DNA of 29,801 nt from an uncultured Dehalococcoidales bacterium (GTDB lineage Bacteria > Chloroflexota > Dehalococcoidia > GIF9 > AB-539-J10): contig CAZQDF010000001.1 of assembly GCA_964592065.1 (NCBI GenBank), forward strand, positions 1 through 29,801, written 5' to 3'. Both the position numbers and the translations under genes were made by a program. Positions within the stretch are counted from its first letter, which is position 1. Each line of letters begins with the position of its first letter. This document shows positions 8,435 to 16,335 of the stretch, piece after piece. The notes below the pieces were generated by a model, which searched no databases, was not told the origin of the DNA, and worked only from the letters and a program-made list of their open reading frames with translations.

Positions 8435-9001
8435 ATGAATCTAACGCATGAACAATTTACCAAAGAGTTACCAAAGTGGTATCACAAGTGGAGGAGAGAT
8501 AATACAAATTACTTTCCCGTAGAGAGACGCCTTACTAAGAAAGCTTACACTTTAGGTTACCTTGAGATAGGTGACTTGGTCGACATTACGCGTGTCCTGG
8601 GCAATCCCTTTAATATAGCTAATAGGGTTCGCAAGGCAAATACTGAAGACGAAATAAAGGAAAACACAGGGGAGGCTATTCAGCATCTTAGCAACCCAGC
8701 GAGGGCTCTTACTGATATGAAAAGCATTAGACAGTGGGGACGAACATACGCAAGTAAAACCTTAAGGTGTATTTGCCCATCTGATTATGGGGCACTGGAT
8801 AGCAAGCTAATTCATGGCATAAATTCAAACTATCTGTCCTCAAGAGACGAAGTGGAGCGATATTGCCAGTTTCTTGATTTCTGCCAACAGATTTGGCAGA
8901 TGGTTTCAGTGCCTGGACCAAGAGAAAATGGAGCGTGGTTTTTGGCTGATATAGAAATTGCACTTTTTCAGTTTGTGTGGGATGGCGGTAAGATTGTATA
9001 A
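8435..9001 (+). CDS. Hypothetical protein, possibly HhH-type DNA glycosylase-like fold
   Basis: 188-aa ORF. Segment ALTDMKSIRQWGRTYASKTL...YGALD resembles HhH-GPD spacing by eye; C-terminal DIEIALF. Confidence 0.45.
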   Translation: MNLTHEQFTKELPKWYHKWRRDNTNYFPVERRLTKKAYTLGYLEIGDLVDITRVLGNPFNIANRVRKANTEDEIKENTGEAIQHLSNPARALTDMKSIRQWGRTYASKTLRCICPSDYGALDSKLIHGINSNYLSSRDEVERYCQFLDFCQQIWQMVSVPGPRENGAWFLADIEIALFQFVWDGGKIV

Positions 9002-9134
9002 GCGTTTCCTGCTGCGTACTTATACAACCTATACACAAGAGAAATAGTCTAACTATAGAACCTTAAGAAAAGAATGCTTAGCAACATAATTATTGATGAT
9101 AAGATCCTAAAATGGTTAATTAAAGCCTAAGAGA

Positions 9135-9347
9135 TTACACTGTTACAGCTACTTCTGCCAACTCTACATCTTCAGGTATAGCGAGCCCGTCTTTCTGCAA
9201 AGACTCCAAATAGCCTTGTATAGCCTCTTTAGCATGCTCCAGAGCTTCTTCCTTCGTTCGCCCTTGGGTAACACACCCAGGCAAAGCTGGCACAATCACT
9301 GTATAGTATCCTTCGTTGTATTCCAGAAACACTTTATAACTTGTCAT
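9135..9347 (-). CDS. hicB: HicB family antitoxin (short form, no obvious C-terminal DNA-binding domain)
   Basis: GYYTVIVPALPGCVTQGRTKEEALEHAKEAIQGYLE. The ATG at 9347 has SD GAGGG; alternative TTG at 9359 overlaps the hicA stop. Confidence 0.92.
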   Translation of the reverse strand: MTSYKVFLEYNEGYYTVIVPALPGCVTQGRTKEEALEHAKEAIQGYLESLQKDGLAIPEDVELAEVAVTV

Positions 9348-9355
9348 CTTAACCC

Positions 9356-9583
9356 TCAAAGTAGCTTCACGAACTCTTCAACACTTAGACCAGCTTGTTC
9401 CAATATGCTCTCAAGGGTCTTAGGCGCTAGAGTTTCCCCAGCATGTATCGGAATGGTCACCCTTCTCCCTGGAAAATTTGGGTGCTTGTAATAAAAGTGA
9501 GATCCCTTTGAGTGATGAAGATACCAGCCCGCTCTTAATAATGCTCGCTCTACCTCCTTCCCTGTGATCCTTGGTAGTTTCAC
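9356..9583 (-). CDS. hicA: HicA family mRNA interferase toxin
   Basis: KGSH motif, VTIPIH, TLESILEQAGLS; 75 aa, directly upstream of hicB. Confidence 0.92.
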   Translation of the reverse strand: MKLPRITGKEVERALLRAGWYLHHSKGSHFYYKHPNFPGRRVTIPIHAGETLAPKTLESILEQAGLSVEEFVKLL

Positions 9584-9596
9584 TCCCTAGTTTACT

Positions 9597-10826
9597 CTAA
9601 TCCTTACATATTGACAATTGATAATTATGATAGTTTGCTGAGGTCTCCTTTAGATTATCGCCAGCGAATTTCTCTAACATGGCATCGGCTAAGACAATAG
9701 CTAACATTGCCTCGCCAATCACCCCAGCAGCGGGGACAACGCAAACATCGCTGCGCTCATAATGGGCTTGGGCTGCTTCGCCACTACGCAAATCTATGGA
9801 GGGCAAGGGCTTAGCTAGAGTAGCAATAGGTTTGACCGCGGCCCTGATTACAATGGGTTCTCCATTGCTTATGCCGCCCTCGATGCCGCCAGCGCGGTTA
9901 GTGGCGTGGCGCCAGGGGAAAGGTTGCTTTGAGGGATTGGGGCCAATAATATCCTGGGCTTGTGAACCTTTGAGCTTGGCCAAACTAAATCCATCACCTA
10001 CTTCTACTCCTTTAATAGCGTTGATGCTCATTATTGCCTGAGCAATTCTGCCGTCGAGGCGGTCATCCCAGCTAACATGGCTGCCCAAACCTATAGGCAC
10101 TCCATTGGCGATTACCTCAAAGATGCCACCTAGTGTATCTCCACTAGCTTTAGCTTCATCAATAGCTGTTATCATCTCCTTTCCCATCCCGGCATCAGCA
10201 CAGCGAACTGGAGAAGCTTCTACCTGCTGCCAATTTAGAGAGATTGCTTCGCGGAGACTGTCCTGAGTGGGATTCTTCAGCCGATTCTCTCCCTCAGAAG
10301 GATAAGAGGCGAAGGACTGGCAGCTAACAGGCCCGATTGATATAGTATGGCTGTGAATAGCAATGCCAAACTCCTTAAGAAATCTCTTGGCTACAGCTCC
10401 AGCGGCTACCCTGGCTGCTGTTTCCCTGGCGCTGGCTCTTTCTATTATCGGTCTAATGTCTTTGAGTCCATATTTAGTTACACCAGCTAGGTCGGCGTGT
10501 CCCGGGCGTGGACGAGTTATGGGTTCAGTTTCCTTCTCTAGCAAGGTGACACTCATCTCCTCCAGCCAGTTTTGCCAGTCCCGGTTGGGGATAAAGAGAG
10601 CAATAGGGCTGCCTATAGTAAGTCCATAGCGGACTCCGGAAACGATTTCAGCTTTGTCTTGTTCTATCTTCATGCGAGAGCCGCGGCCATAGCCTCCCTG
10701 GCGACGCTTTAACTCTCTATTGATGTGTTCCGCTTCCAAGGGGAGGCCAGCTACCATCCCTTCGGCTACGGCTATTAACCCCTTCCCGTGGGATTCTCCG
10801 GCGGTTAAAAAGCGAAAATGTCCCAT
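9597..10826 (-). CDS. aroC: Chorismate synthase with an internal repeat-derived insertion
   Basis: TAGESHG, RRQGGYGRG, PRPGHAD, ERASARETAAR, NRAGGIEGGISNG, RSDVCVVPAA. Confidence 0.97.
   Translation of the reverse strand: MGHFRFLTAGESHGKGLIAVAEGMVAGLPLEAEHINRELKRRQGGYGRGSRMKIEQDKAEIVSGVRYGLTIGSPIALFIPNRDWQNWLEEMSVTLLEKETEPITRPRPGHADLAGVTKYGLKDIRPIIERASARETAARVAAGAVAKRFLKEFGIAIHSHTISIGPVSCQSFASYPSEGENRLKNPTQDSLREAISLNWQQVEASPVRCADAGMGKEMITAIDEAKASGDTLGGIFEVIANGVPIGLGSHVSWDDRLDGRIAQAIMSINAIKGVEVGDGFSLAKLKGSQAQDIIGPNPSKQPFPWRHATNRAGGIEGGISNGEPIVIRAAVKPIATLAKPLPSIDLRSGEAAQAHYERSDVCVVPAAGVIGEAMLAIVLADAMLEKFAGDNLKETSANYHNYQLSICKD
10242..10315 (-). repeat. Palindromic element in frame inside aroC
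   Basis: The minus strand matches 6653-6726 (plus strand) ungapped at 62/74 nt by hand count. It encodes roughly SFASYPSEGENRLKNPTQDSLREAI. Confidence 0.9.
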
Positions 10827-11764
10827 TAGCTTTGATATAAATATTGAGGCTGAGGATAAGTGGGGCTTAATGTCTCTAGCAAAACTATATCCTGTCCGCT
10901 TAACCCTAGCAATTTCATCTGGATGACGCTGACCAACTCTCTCAGGTCCAGCCCTAGAATCGATTCTAACAGAGATGGACGCTTAAGCTTATAATATTCC
11001 ACTTTAGGAGTTGCAATGTTGGCTAGTTGTGCTGCCAAATCTATGGCTGTGTTCAGCCCTCCTAGTTCATCAACCAAGCCTAATTCCTTGGCTTGATTGC
11101 CAGTGTACAGTTGCCCTGTGGCTAAGCTCCTGACTTGCTCCTTGCTTAGTCTCCTGCCTTCTGCCACAACCTCGATGAATTGCTTATAGTATTCATCGGT
11201 CATTTGCTGCATGATTTCCTTCTCGTCAAGAGTTAGTTCTCTTAATCCTGAATACATATCTTTATATTTGCCACCTTTGAAGGTTTGCATTTCAATCCCC
11301 AGCTTCTCGTAAAGTCCCTCAACGTTAGGTATTTGAGAAATAACACCGATGCTCCCAGTCAATGTGCCGGGAAGGGCTACAATCTTATCTGCCTTGGCTG
11401 AGATGTAATAGCCTCCGGAGGCAGCCATGGTTTCCATACTTACCACGATGGGCTTTGTCTGCGTAACCTTTTCCATTTCCTCTAAAATTTCTTGGCAAGG
11501 TGCCACTGCTCCGCCAGGGCTCTCTATGCGAAGGACAATTGCCTTTACTGCCATGTCCTTCTCTGCTCTATCCAGTTGCTCCTTTACCAGTTCTGGTGTA
11601 ATGGTAGAGCCAAAAAATATATAAGTGCCCTCGGTTGCGATAGTCCCGCTAAGAGGAATCACAGCAACTTTATTCCCAGCTTCTATTGGCATACAACTGG
11701 TGGGAATTACTATCGCAACTAGCAATAATATGGCTAAACCAATAACTACTATTTTCCCCTTCAT
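10826..11764 (-). CDS. sppA: Signal peptide peptidase SppA, short (36K) type
   Basis: LRIESPGG, AASGGYYIS (catalytic Ser), TGSIGV, GKYKD, GLVDELG; N-terminal hydrophobic anchor. Overlaps aroE (ATGA) and aroC (TAATG). Confidence 0.92.
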   Translation of the reverse strand: MKGKIVVIGLAILLLVAIVIPTSCMPIEAGNKVAVIPLSGTIATEGTYIFFGSTITPELVKEQLDRAEKDMAVKAIVLRIESPGGAVAPCQEILEEMEKVTQTKPIVVSMETMAASGGYYISAKADKIVALPGTLTGSIGVISQIPNVEGLYEKLGIEMQTFKGGKYKDMYSGLRELTLDEKEIMQQMTDEYYKQFIEVVAEGRRLSKEQVRSLATGQLYTGNQAKELGLVDELGGLNTAIDLAAQLANIATPKVEYYKLKRPSLLESILGLDLRELVSVIQMKLLGLSGQDIVLLETLSPTYPQPQYLYQS

Positions 11765-12651
11765 CCTCCTCCTTTTAGCAATATTTGTTCGGCCTTGTAA
11801 AACATTATGTCAACTGGAGGCTTTTTCCCCGTCCATAACTCAAAAGAGGCAACGCCCTGATATACTAGCATAGCTAGACCCCTAAGTATATTAGCTCCTA
11901 CATTTCGTGCTAACTGTAACAAAGGCGTTTCCCAAGGGTTATATACTAAATCGCAGACTAAGGCATTTTGGGGAATCAGTTCAGCACTTAGAGGTGACTG
12001 CCCTGCCTGAGAACTGTATTTCATTCCGATAGTAGTGCAGTTGACTATAAGATGGCAGTGTTCTAAAGTCTCGCCTGAGTATAAACTCTGCCAGGGCAAA
12101 GCGGTGACCTTACTTTTTAATTCTTCTGGGCTTGCTGAAGAGTCTTTAACATAGCGATTTATGCTATCTGCCAATGTCGCGGCTCTCTCTAAAGTCCGAT
12201 TGATAATAAGAAGCGAGCTCGCTTTCTCCTTCACCAAAGCAAAGCTAACTGCCTTGGCTACCCCGCCAGCACCCAAGATTACCGCCCGCTTACCTTCTGG
12301 CTCAAAGCGCCCATCTTTATATAACGCCTCAATAAAGCCATAGCTGTCAGTGTTGAAACCCAGGAGTCTATTATCCCTTTTGACTATAGTGTTGACTGCC
12401 CCAATCGAACTTGCCAGGTCATCAACTTCGTCTAATAAAGGCAAGACTGTTTCTTTATATGGAACGGTGACGTTGGCTCCAAGGCTTTGAGGTTTTCTTA
12501 AGTTATCTACTGCACCTTGAAGCTTTTCCGGGCTTGTTTCCCAAGCTTCATAATGAATGTCAAGGTGGTAGTAATCCAAGGCGGCTTGCTGGAAATAAGG
12601 GGAGATGGAATGCTTGATGGGGTAACCAATGAGACCAATGAACTTTGGCAT
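11761..12651 (-). CDS. aroE: Shikimate dehydrogenase
   Basis: HSISP, GANVTVPYKE, GAVNT, NTDSYG, GAGG, DLVYNP, MLVYQG. Confidence 0.96.
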   Translation of the reverse strand: MPKFIGLIGYPIKHSISPYFQQAALDYYHLDIHYEAWETSPEKLQGAVDNLRKPQSLGANVTVPYKETVLPLLDEVDDLASSIGAVNTIVKRDNRLLGFNTDSYGFIEALYKDGRFEPEGKRAVILGAGGVAKAVSFALVKEKASSLLIINRTLERAATLADSINRYVKDSSASPEELKSKVTALPWQSLYSGETLEHCHLIVNCTTIGMKYSSQAGQSPLSAELIPQNALVCDLVYNPWETPLLQLARNVGANILRGLAMLVYQGVASFELWTGKKPPVDIMFYKAEQILLKGGG

Positions 12652-12652
12652 T

Positions 12653-13084
12653 TTAACACCTCAAGCTATCCAGAAAACCTTGGAGGATAAAAGCAGCTGC
12701 TACAGCATCTCGGTGCTGTTTCCGTTTATTTCTTTTTGTGCCAGCTTCAGCCATTAATCGCTCAGCAGCTATGGTGGATAACCGCTCATCCCATAATTGT
12801 ATGTTGACCTGGTTGAGGCCACTTCGCTTTGCTCGAGATGACAATTTCTCAGCAAAAGATGTTACTTTGTTAGCTTGCTGGCCAAGATGACCATTTAAAG
12901 AGTAGGGCAACCCGACTACAACGCATTCTGCTTCGTATTCTTTAATGAGCTTGAGAATGGCATCTAGGGTTGCTTCTTCATCCCTACCGCCAATAACAGC
13001 TAGAGGGATAGCTAGAATGCCTTGCGGATCACTTACTGCTACTCCAGTTCTTTTATCTCCGATATCTAGCCCTAAGCTGCGCAT
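12653..13084 (-). CDS. ruvX: RuvX/YqgF pre-16S rRNA nuclease (putative Holliday junction resolvase)
   Basis: GLDIGDKRTGVA, VVGLP, WDERLST, DAVAAAFILQ. ATG at 13084 preferred over 13186, which overlaps alaS. Confidence 0.95.
   Translation of the reverse strand: MRSLGLDIGDKRTGVAVSDPQGILAIPLAVIGGRDEEATLDAILKLIKEYEAECVVVGLPYSLNGHLGQQANKVTSFAEKLSSRAKRSGLNQVNIQLWDERLSTIAAERLMAEAGTKRNKRKQHRDAVAAAFILQGFLDSLRC
12822..12843 (-). repeat. Half element in frame inside ruvX
   Basis: Minus strand TGTCATCTCGAGCAAAGCGAAG (TGTCAT tag plus GAGC..AGCGAAG core) encodes LSSRAKRS. Confidence 0.6.
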
Positions 13085-13139
13085 TTTTATTCTTACACCC
13101 CTCGCTAGATAATGAGTGGGGTGGATGGAAGCTCTCCTT

Positions 13140-16139
13140 TTAATCCTCTTCCGTTGAAGTGGAGGAGATTTGCTTTGCAATGACACTTTTAACTGAGATT
13201 AAGGCCTCATTAAGCTTAGCGATATCTTTGCCGCCTGCCTGAGCCATGGTTGCCTTGCCGCCGCCGCCACCGCCAGTGACTTTTGCTACCTCTCTGATAA
13301 TGTCGCCGGCATGAAATCCTTTGGCTGCTAAGTCAGGGGTTACCATGGCCACGAAGTTGGGCTTGTTATCGTAAACTGTAGCCAAAACTACTATAGCGCT
13401 CTTTAACTTGTCCCGCAATATATCGCCCATTTCTCTAAGGATAAGTATAGTTAGTGGCGGCACCTTAGCTGCTAAGACTGTTACACCATCCACCTTCTCA
13501 ACTTGCTCGAGTAAGGATTCTGCTACTTTCCTCGATAGCTCCCTTTCCAAGCAAAGCGTGCGTCTGTGCTCTGTTTCCAGTTCACTAAGCAAGGTTTTTA
13601 CCTTGTCATGGGTTTCCTCGAGTGGACTCTCTACCTCCTTAGCTATATTTTGTAAGGCTGAGAGACGTTCTTCAACCAAAGATTCCGCAGCTCGTCCGGT
13701 CACCGCTTGAATGCGGCGTAATCCGGTACCAATACTGCTTTCATTGGTTATAAAGAAGAGGCCAATTTCACCTGTTGACTTGACATGGGTGCCTCCACAA
13801 AGCTCCTTGCTTATCGGAGGCTCGCCAATTTCGATTACCCGAACCATTTCTCCATATTTCTCTTCAAAAAAGGCGAGAGCACCTTCAGCAATAGCTTGCC
13901 CATAAGGGATGTCTTTTTTTGCTTTCACTGGCAAGTTTTGTCGCACCTTTTCATTAACCCGTCTCTGAACCTCCATGAGCTGCTCTTCGGTTATGGCTGC
14001 TAAGTGTGAAAAATCAAATCTGAGCCTTTCTGGCTCTACCAACGAACCTCTCTGTTGAACACGACTACCCAATACTTGTCTCAAAGCAAGCTGAAGGAGA
14101 TGGGTAGCGGTGTGGTTGCGGGCGATGTCGAGACGGCGAGCAGCATCAATTTTCGCCTCTACTTCATCGCCAACGGATATACGGCCATTAACAACTTGAC
14201 CCAAATGAACAATGGCTCCAGCAGCAAGGTTGCCAAACGGCGACCAAACAGTTCTAGCAATATCAGCCCAGCCAGAATGACAAGTTATCCTACCGAGATC
14301 ACCCACCTGTCCTCCCATCTCAGCATAAAATGGCGTCTTATCCAGCACAATGGCAACCAATTTCCCTTCTTCTACCAGAGACACCGCAATACCTGAGTCT
14401 TGATCTAACAAGTAGCTAATTTTAGAGCGGCTCTCTAAGCTATCATAACCAGTAAACTCAGTCGGCTCAGGTATGTATTCAACTCTAGCTCCCTCATGCC
14501 CAGTGGCTCTGTCTGAGGCAGTAACAAACCTATGTCCTGCCCTCGCCCTTTCTCGCTGTTTTTCCATCTCAGCCTGGAAACTCTCCCAATCTATGGATAA
14601 ATCTCGTTCCCTAGCGATCTCAGCAGTTAGTTCTTGAAGAAAGCCATAAGTATCATGAAGTATAAACACCTCAAAGCCTGTCAACTCATTAGCAACTGAA
14701 TCAAGATCATCTTCTAGCCTTTCTAAGCCTTCCCTCAGGCTTCGCTTAAGAGCGTCAAAGGCATCGGGGAGCTTAAATGGATCGTATCCAGACACAATTC
14801 CCTTTAGATCTGTCAAATCTTTCTCCACTGGTTGTAGGCTTTCCACAACAGCATCTCTATATCCTATACCTAGTACATGCTTCCATGCCTTACAATCTCG
14901 AAGAAAGTGATCTATGGCAGCATCGAGCTTGTGCGTAAGATCAATAATATCTTTTTGGGATATTGCTTTTTCAAATGCCTTCTTGAAAATAGGGAGGTAA
15001 CCTACCAATTCCTCTCGCATCCTAAAAAGGGTTTGTTCCAAGATACCCATCCCAATTGGGAGTGTTTGCTGGAATTTCTCCTCCTCGACTTCGACTACCT
15101 GTCTAATCAAGTCTCTATTGGCTGTTAGCTCAGGGTATATGTCGCTCATTTGGGAGATAACCACCTCAGTAATTTGGCTGAGGAAAGGCTTATCCAAGCC
15201 CAGCCTTTTCCCATAAACCGAGGCACGCTTGAGTATTCGCTGCAGAACATAGCCCCTTCCTTCGTTGGAAGGCATAACACCATCGGCAATAAGGAAGACA
15301 ATGCCGCGCCCATGCTCAGCGATAATTCTGATGGCCCGATCGGTATTTTCATCCTCGCCGTAATTTCTATTGACTAGCTGACAAATCTGTTTTACTAAGG
15401 GCGAGAAAAGCTCTGTTTCATAAGGGGAGGGTTTGCCTTGAGTAGCTGCGGCAGTCCTCTCCAGTCCCATCCCGGTATCAATATTCGGTTTGGGTAAAGG
15501 AGTGCGTTGCCCGTTGCTATCTTGATTATATTGAGTAAATACCAGGTTCCATATTTCAGAGAAGCGACCACACTCGCAATTAGGTTTACATTCAGGCCTA
15601 CCGCAGCCAAATTCCTCGCCCAAGTCATAATGGATTTCACTGCAAGGACCACAGGGGCCTGAATCGCCAACCGGACCCCAGAAGTTATCCTCCTCACCAA
15701 ATCTCAATATCTTTTGAGAGGGAACACCCACTTCCTGCCAATAAGTGAAGGCCTCGTCGTCATCAAGGTAGATAGTTATCCAGAGCCGCTCCTTGGGCAG
15801 CTTCAGATACTTAGTAACGAATTCCCAGGCCCAAGAAATAGCTTCCTTCTTAAAGTAATCACCCACGCTGAAGTTTCCCAGCATCTCAAAAAAGGTAAGG
15901 TGCTTGCTATCACCAACTGAATCTATATCAGTAGCGCGAAAGCATTTCTGGCAGGAGGCCAACCTTGGGCTGGGGGGCGCTTCCAACCCCAAGAAATAAG
16001 GCTTAATCTGTACCATGCCGGCACTGGTTAATAACAAAGTGGGGTCTTTATAGGGAATCAAAGATGAGCTAGGGAGAACTTTATGTCCTCTGTCCTGGAA
16101 AAACTCCAGAAAGGCCTGTCTAATTTCGTCACCAGTCAC
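13140..16139 (-). CDS. alaS: Alanine--tRNA ligase with a ~100-aa internal insertion
   Basis: DPTLLLTSAGM, TFFEMLGNFS, IDTGMGLER, editing NHTATH and ELCGGTH, C-terminal GGGGG...AQAGG; 999 aa. Confidence 0.97.
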   Translation of the reverse strand: MTGDEIRQAFLEFFQDRGHKVLPSSSLIPYKDPTLLLTSAGMVQIKPYFLGLEAPPSPRLASCQKCFRATDIDSVGDSKHLTFFEMLGNFSVGDYFKKEAISWAWEFVTKYLKLPKERLWITIYLDDDEAFTYWQEVGVPSQKILRFGEEDNFWGPVGDSGPCGPCSEIHYDLGEEFGCGRPECKPNCECGRFSEIWNLVFTQYNQDSNGQRTPLPKPNIDTGMGLERTAAATQGKPSPYETELFSPLVKQICQLVNRNYGEDENTDRAIRIIAEHGRGIVFLIADGVMPSNEGRGYVLQRILKRASVYGKRLGLDKPFLSQITEVVISQMSDIYPELTANRDLIRQVVEVEEEKFQQTLPIGMGILEQTLFRMREELVGYLPIFKKAFEKAISQKDIIDLTHKLDAAIDHFLRDCKAWKHVLGIGYRDAVVESLQPVEKDLTDLKGIVSGYDPFKLPDAFDALKRSLREGLERLEDDLDSVANELTGFEVFILHDTYGFLQELTAEIARERDLSIDWESFQAEMEKQRERARAGHRFVTASDRATGHEGARVEYIPEPTEFTGYDSLESRSKISYLLDQDSGIAVSLVEEGKLVAIVLDKTPFYAEMGGQVGDLGRITCHSGWADIARTVWSPFGNLAAGAIVHLGQVVNGRISVGDEVEAKIDAARRLDIARNHTATHLLQLALRQVLGSRVQQRGSLVEPERLRFDFSHLAAITEEQLMEVQRRVNEKVRQNLPVKAKKDIPYGQAIAEGALAFFEEKYGEMVRVIEIGEPPISKELCGGTHVKSTGEIGLFFITNESSIGTGLRRIQAVTGRAAESLVEERLSALQNIAKEVESPLEETHDKVKTLLSELETEHRRTLCLERELSRKVAESLLEQVEKVDGVTVLAAKVPPLTILILREMGDILRDKLKSAIVVLATVYDNKPNFVAMVTPDLAAKGFHAGDIIREVAKVTGGGGGGKATMAQAGGKDIAKLNEALISVKSVIAKQISSTSTEED

Positions 16140-16190
16140 TTTTGGTCGTCTCTTCTGTTTTCAAGCAATACCGGTTTAGCTATCAATTGA

Positions 16191-16233
16191 TGCCCGACTT
16201 CGACTATGCTAGCATAAACCTTGCCATCGGGCA
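16191..16233. repeat. Hairpin enclosing a degenerate repeat module upstream of alaS
   Basis: TGCCCGA (16191-16197) / TCGGGCA (16227-16233) stem around CTTCGACTATGCTAGCATAAACC, which resembles the CTTCG...GCTCAGGGTAAAC module. Confidence 0.35.
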
Positions 16234-16335
16234 AAGAGCTTTGCTGAACGCAATAATTTCGCCAGGGGTAGTATGGTTGATTGGCTTATGAGATGACGCC
16301 GACCCACTCGTGCGCTGCTACTAGGGTCACCTCTC

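Noticed and set aside
4761-9656. 11-bp repeat GTCTCCTTTAG at about 4761 and 9646 as possible island boundaries
   Set aside because: One copy is inside aroC coding sequence, and the pair brackets core aroKB; likely chance.
13085-13186. N-terminal extension of RuvX in the ORF track
   Set aside because: It overlaps the alaS 3' end; the ATG at 13084 matches the family start.
16140-16335. T-box leader or remnant ORF (…LPDGKVYASIVEVGHQLIAKP…) upstream of alaS
   Set aside because: No T-box consensus; the open frame has no convincing start or SD.
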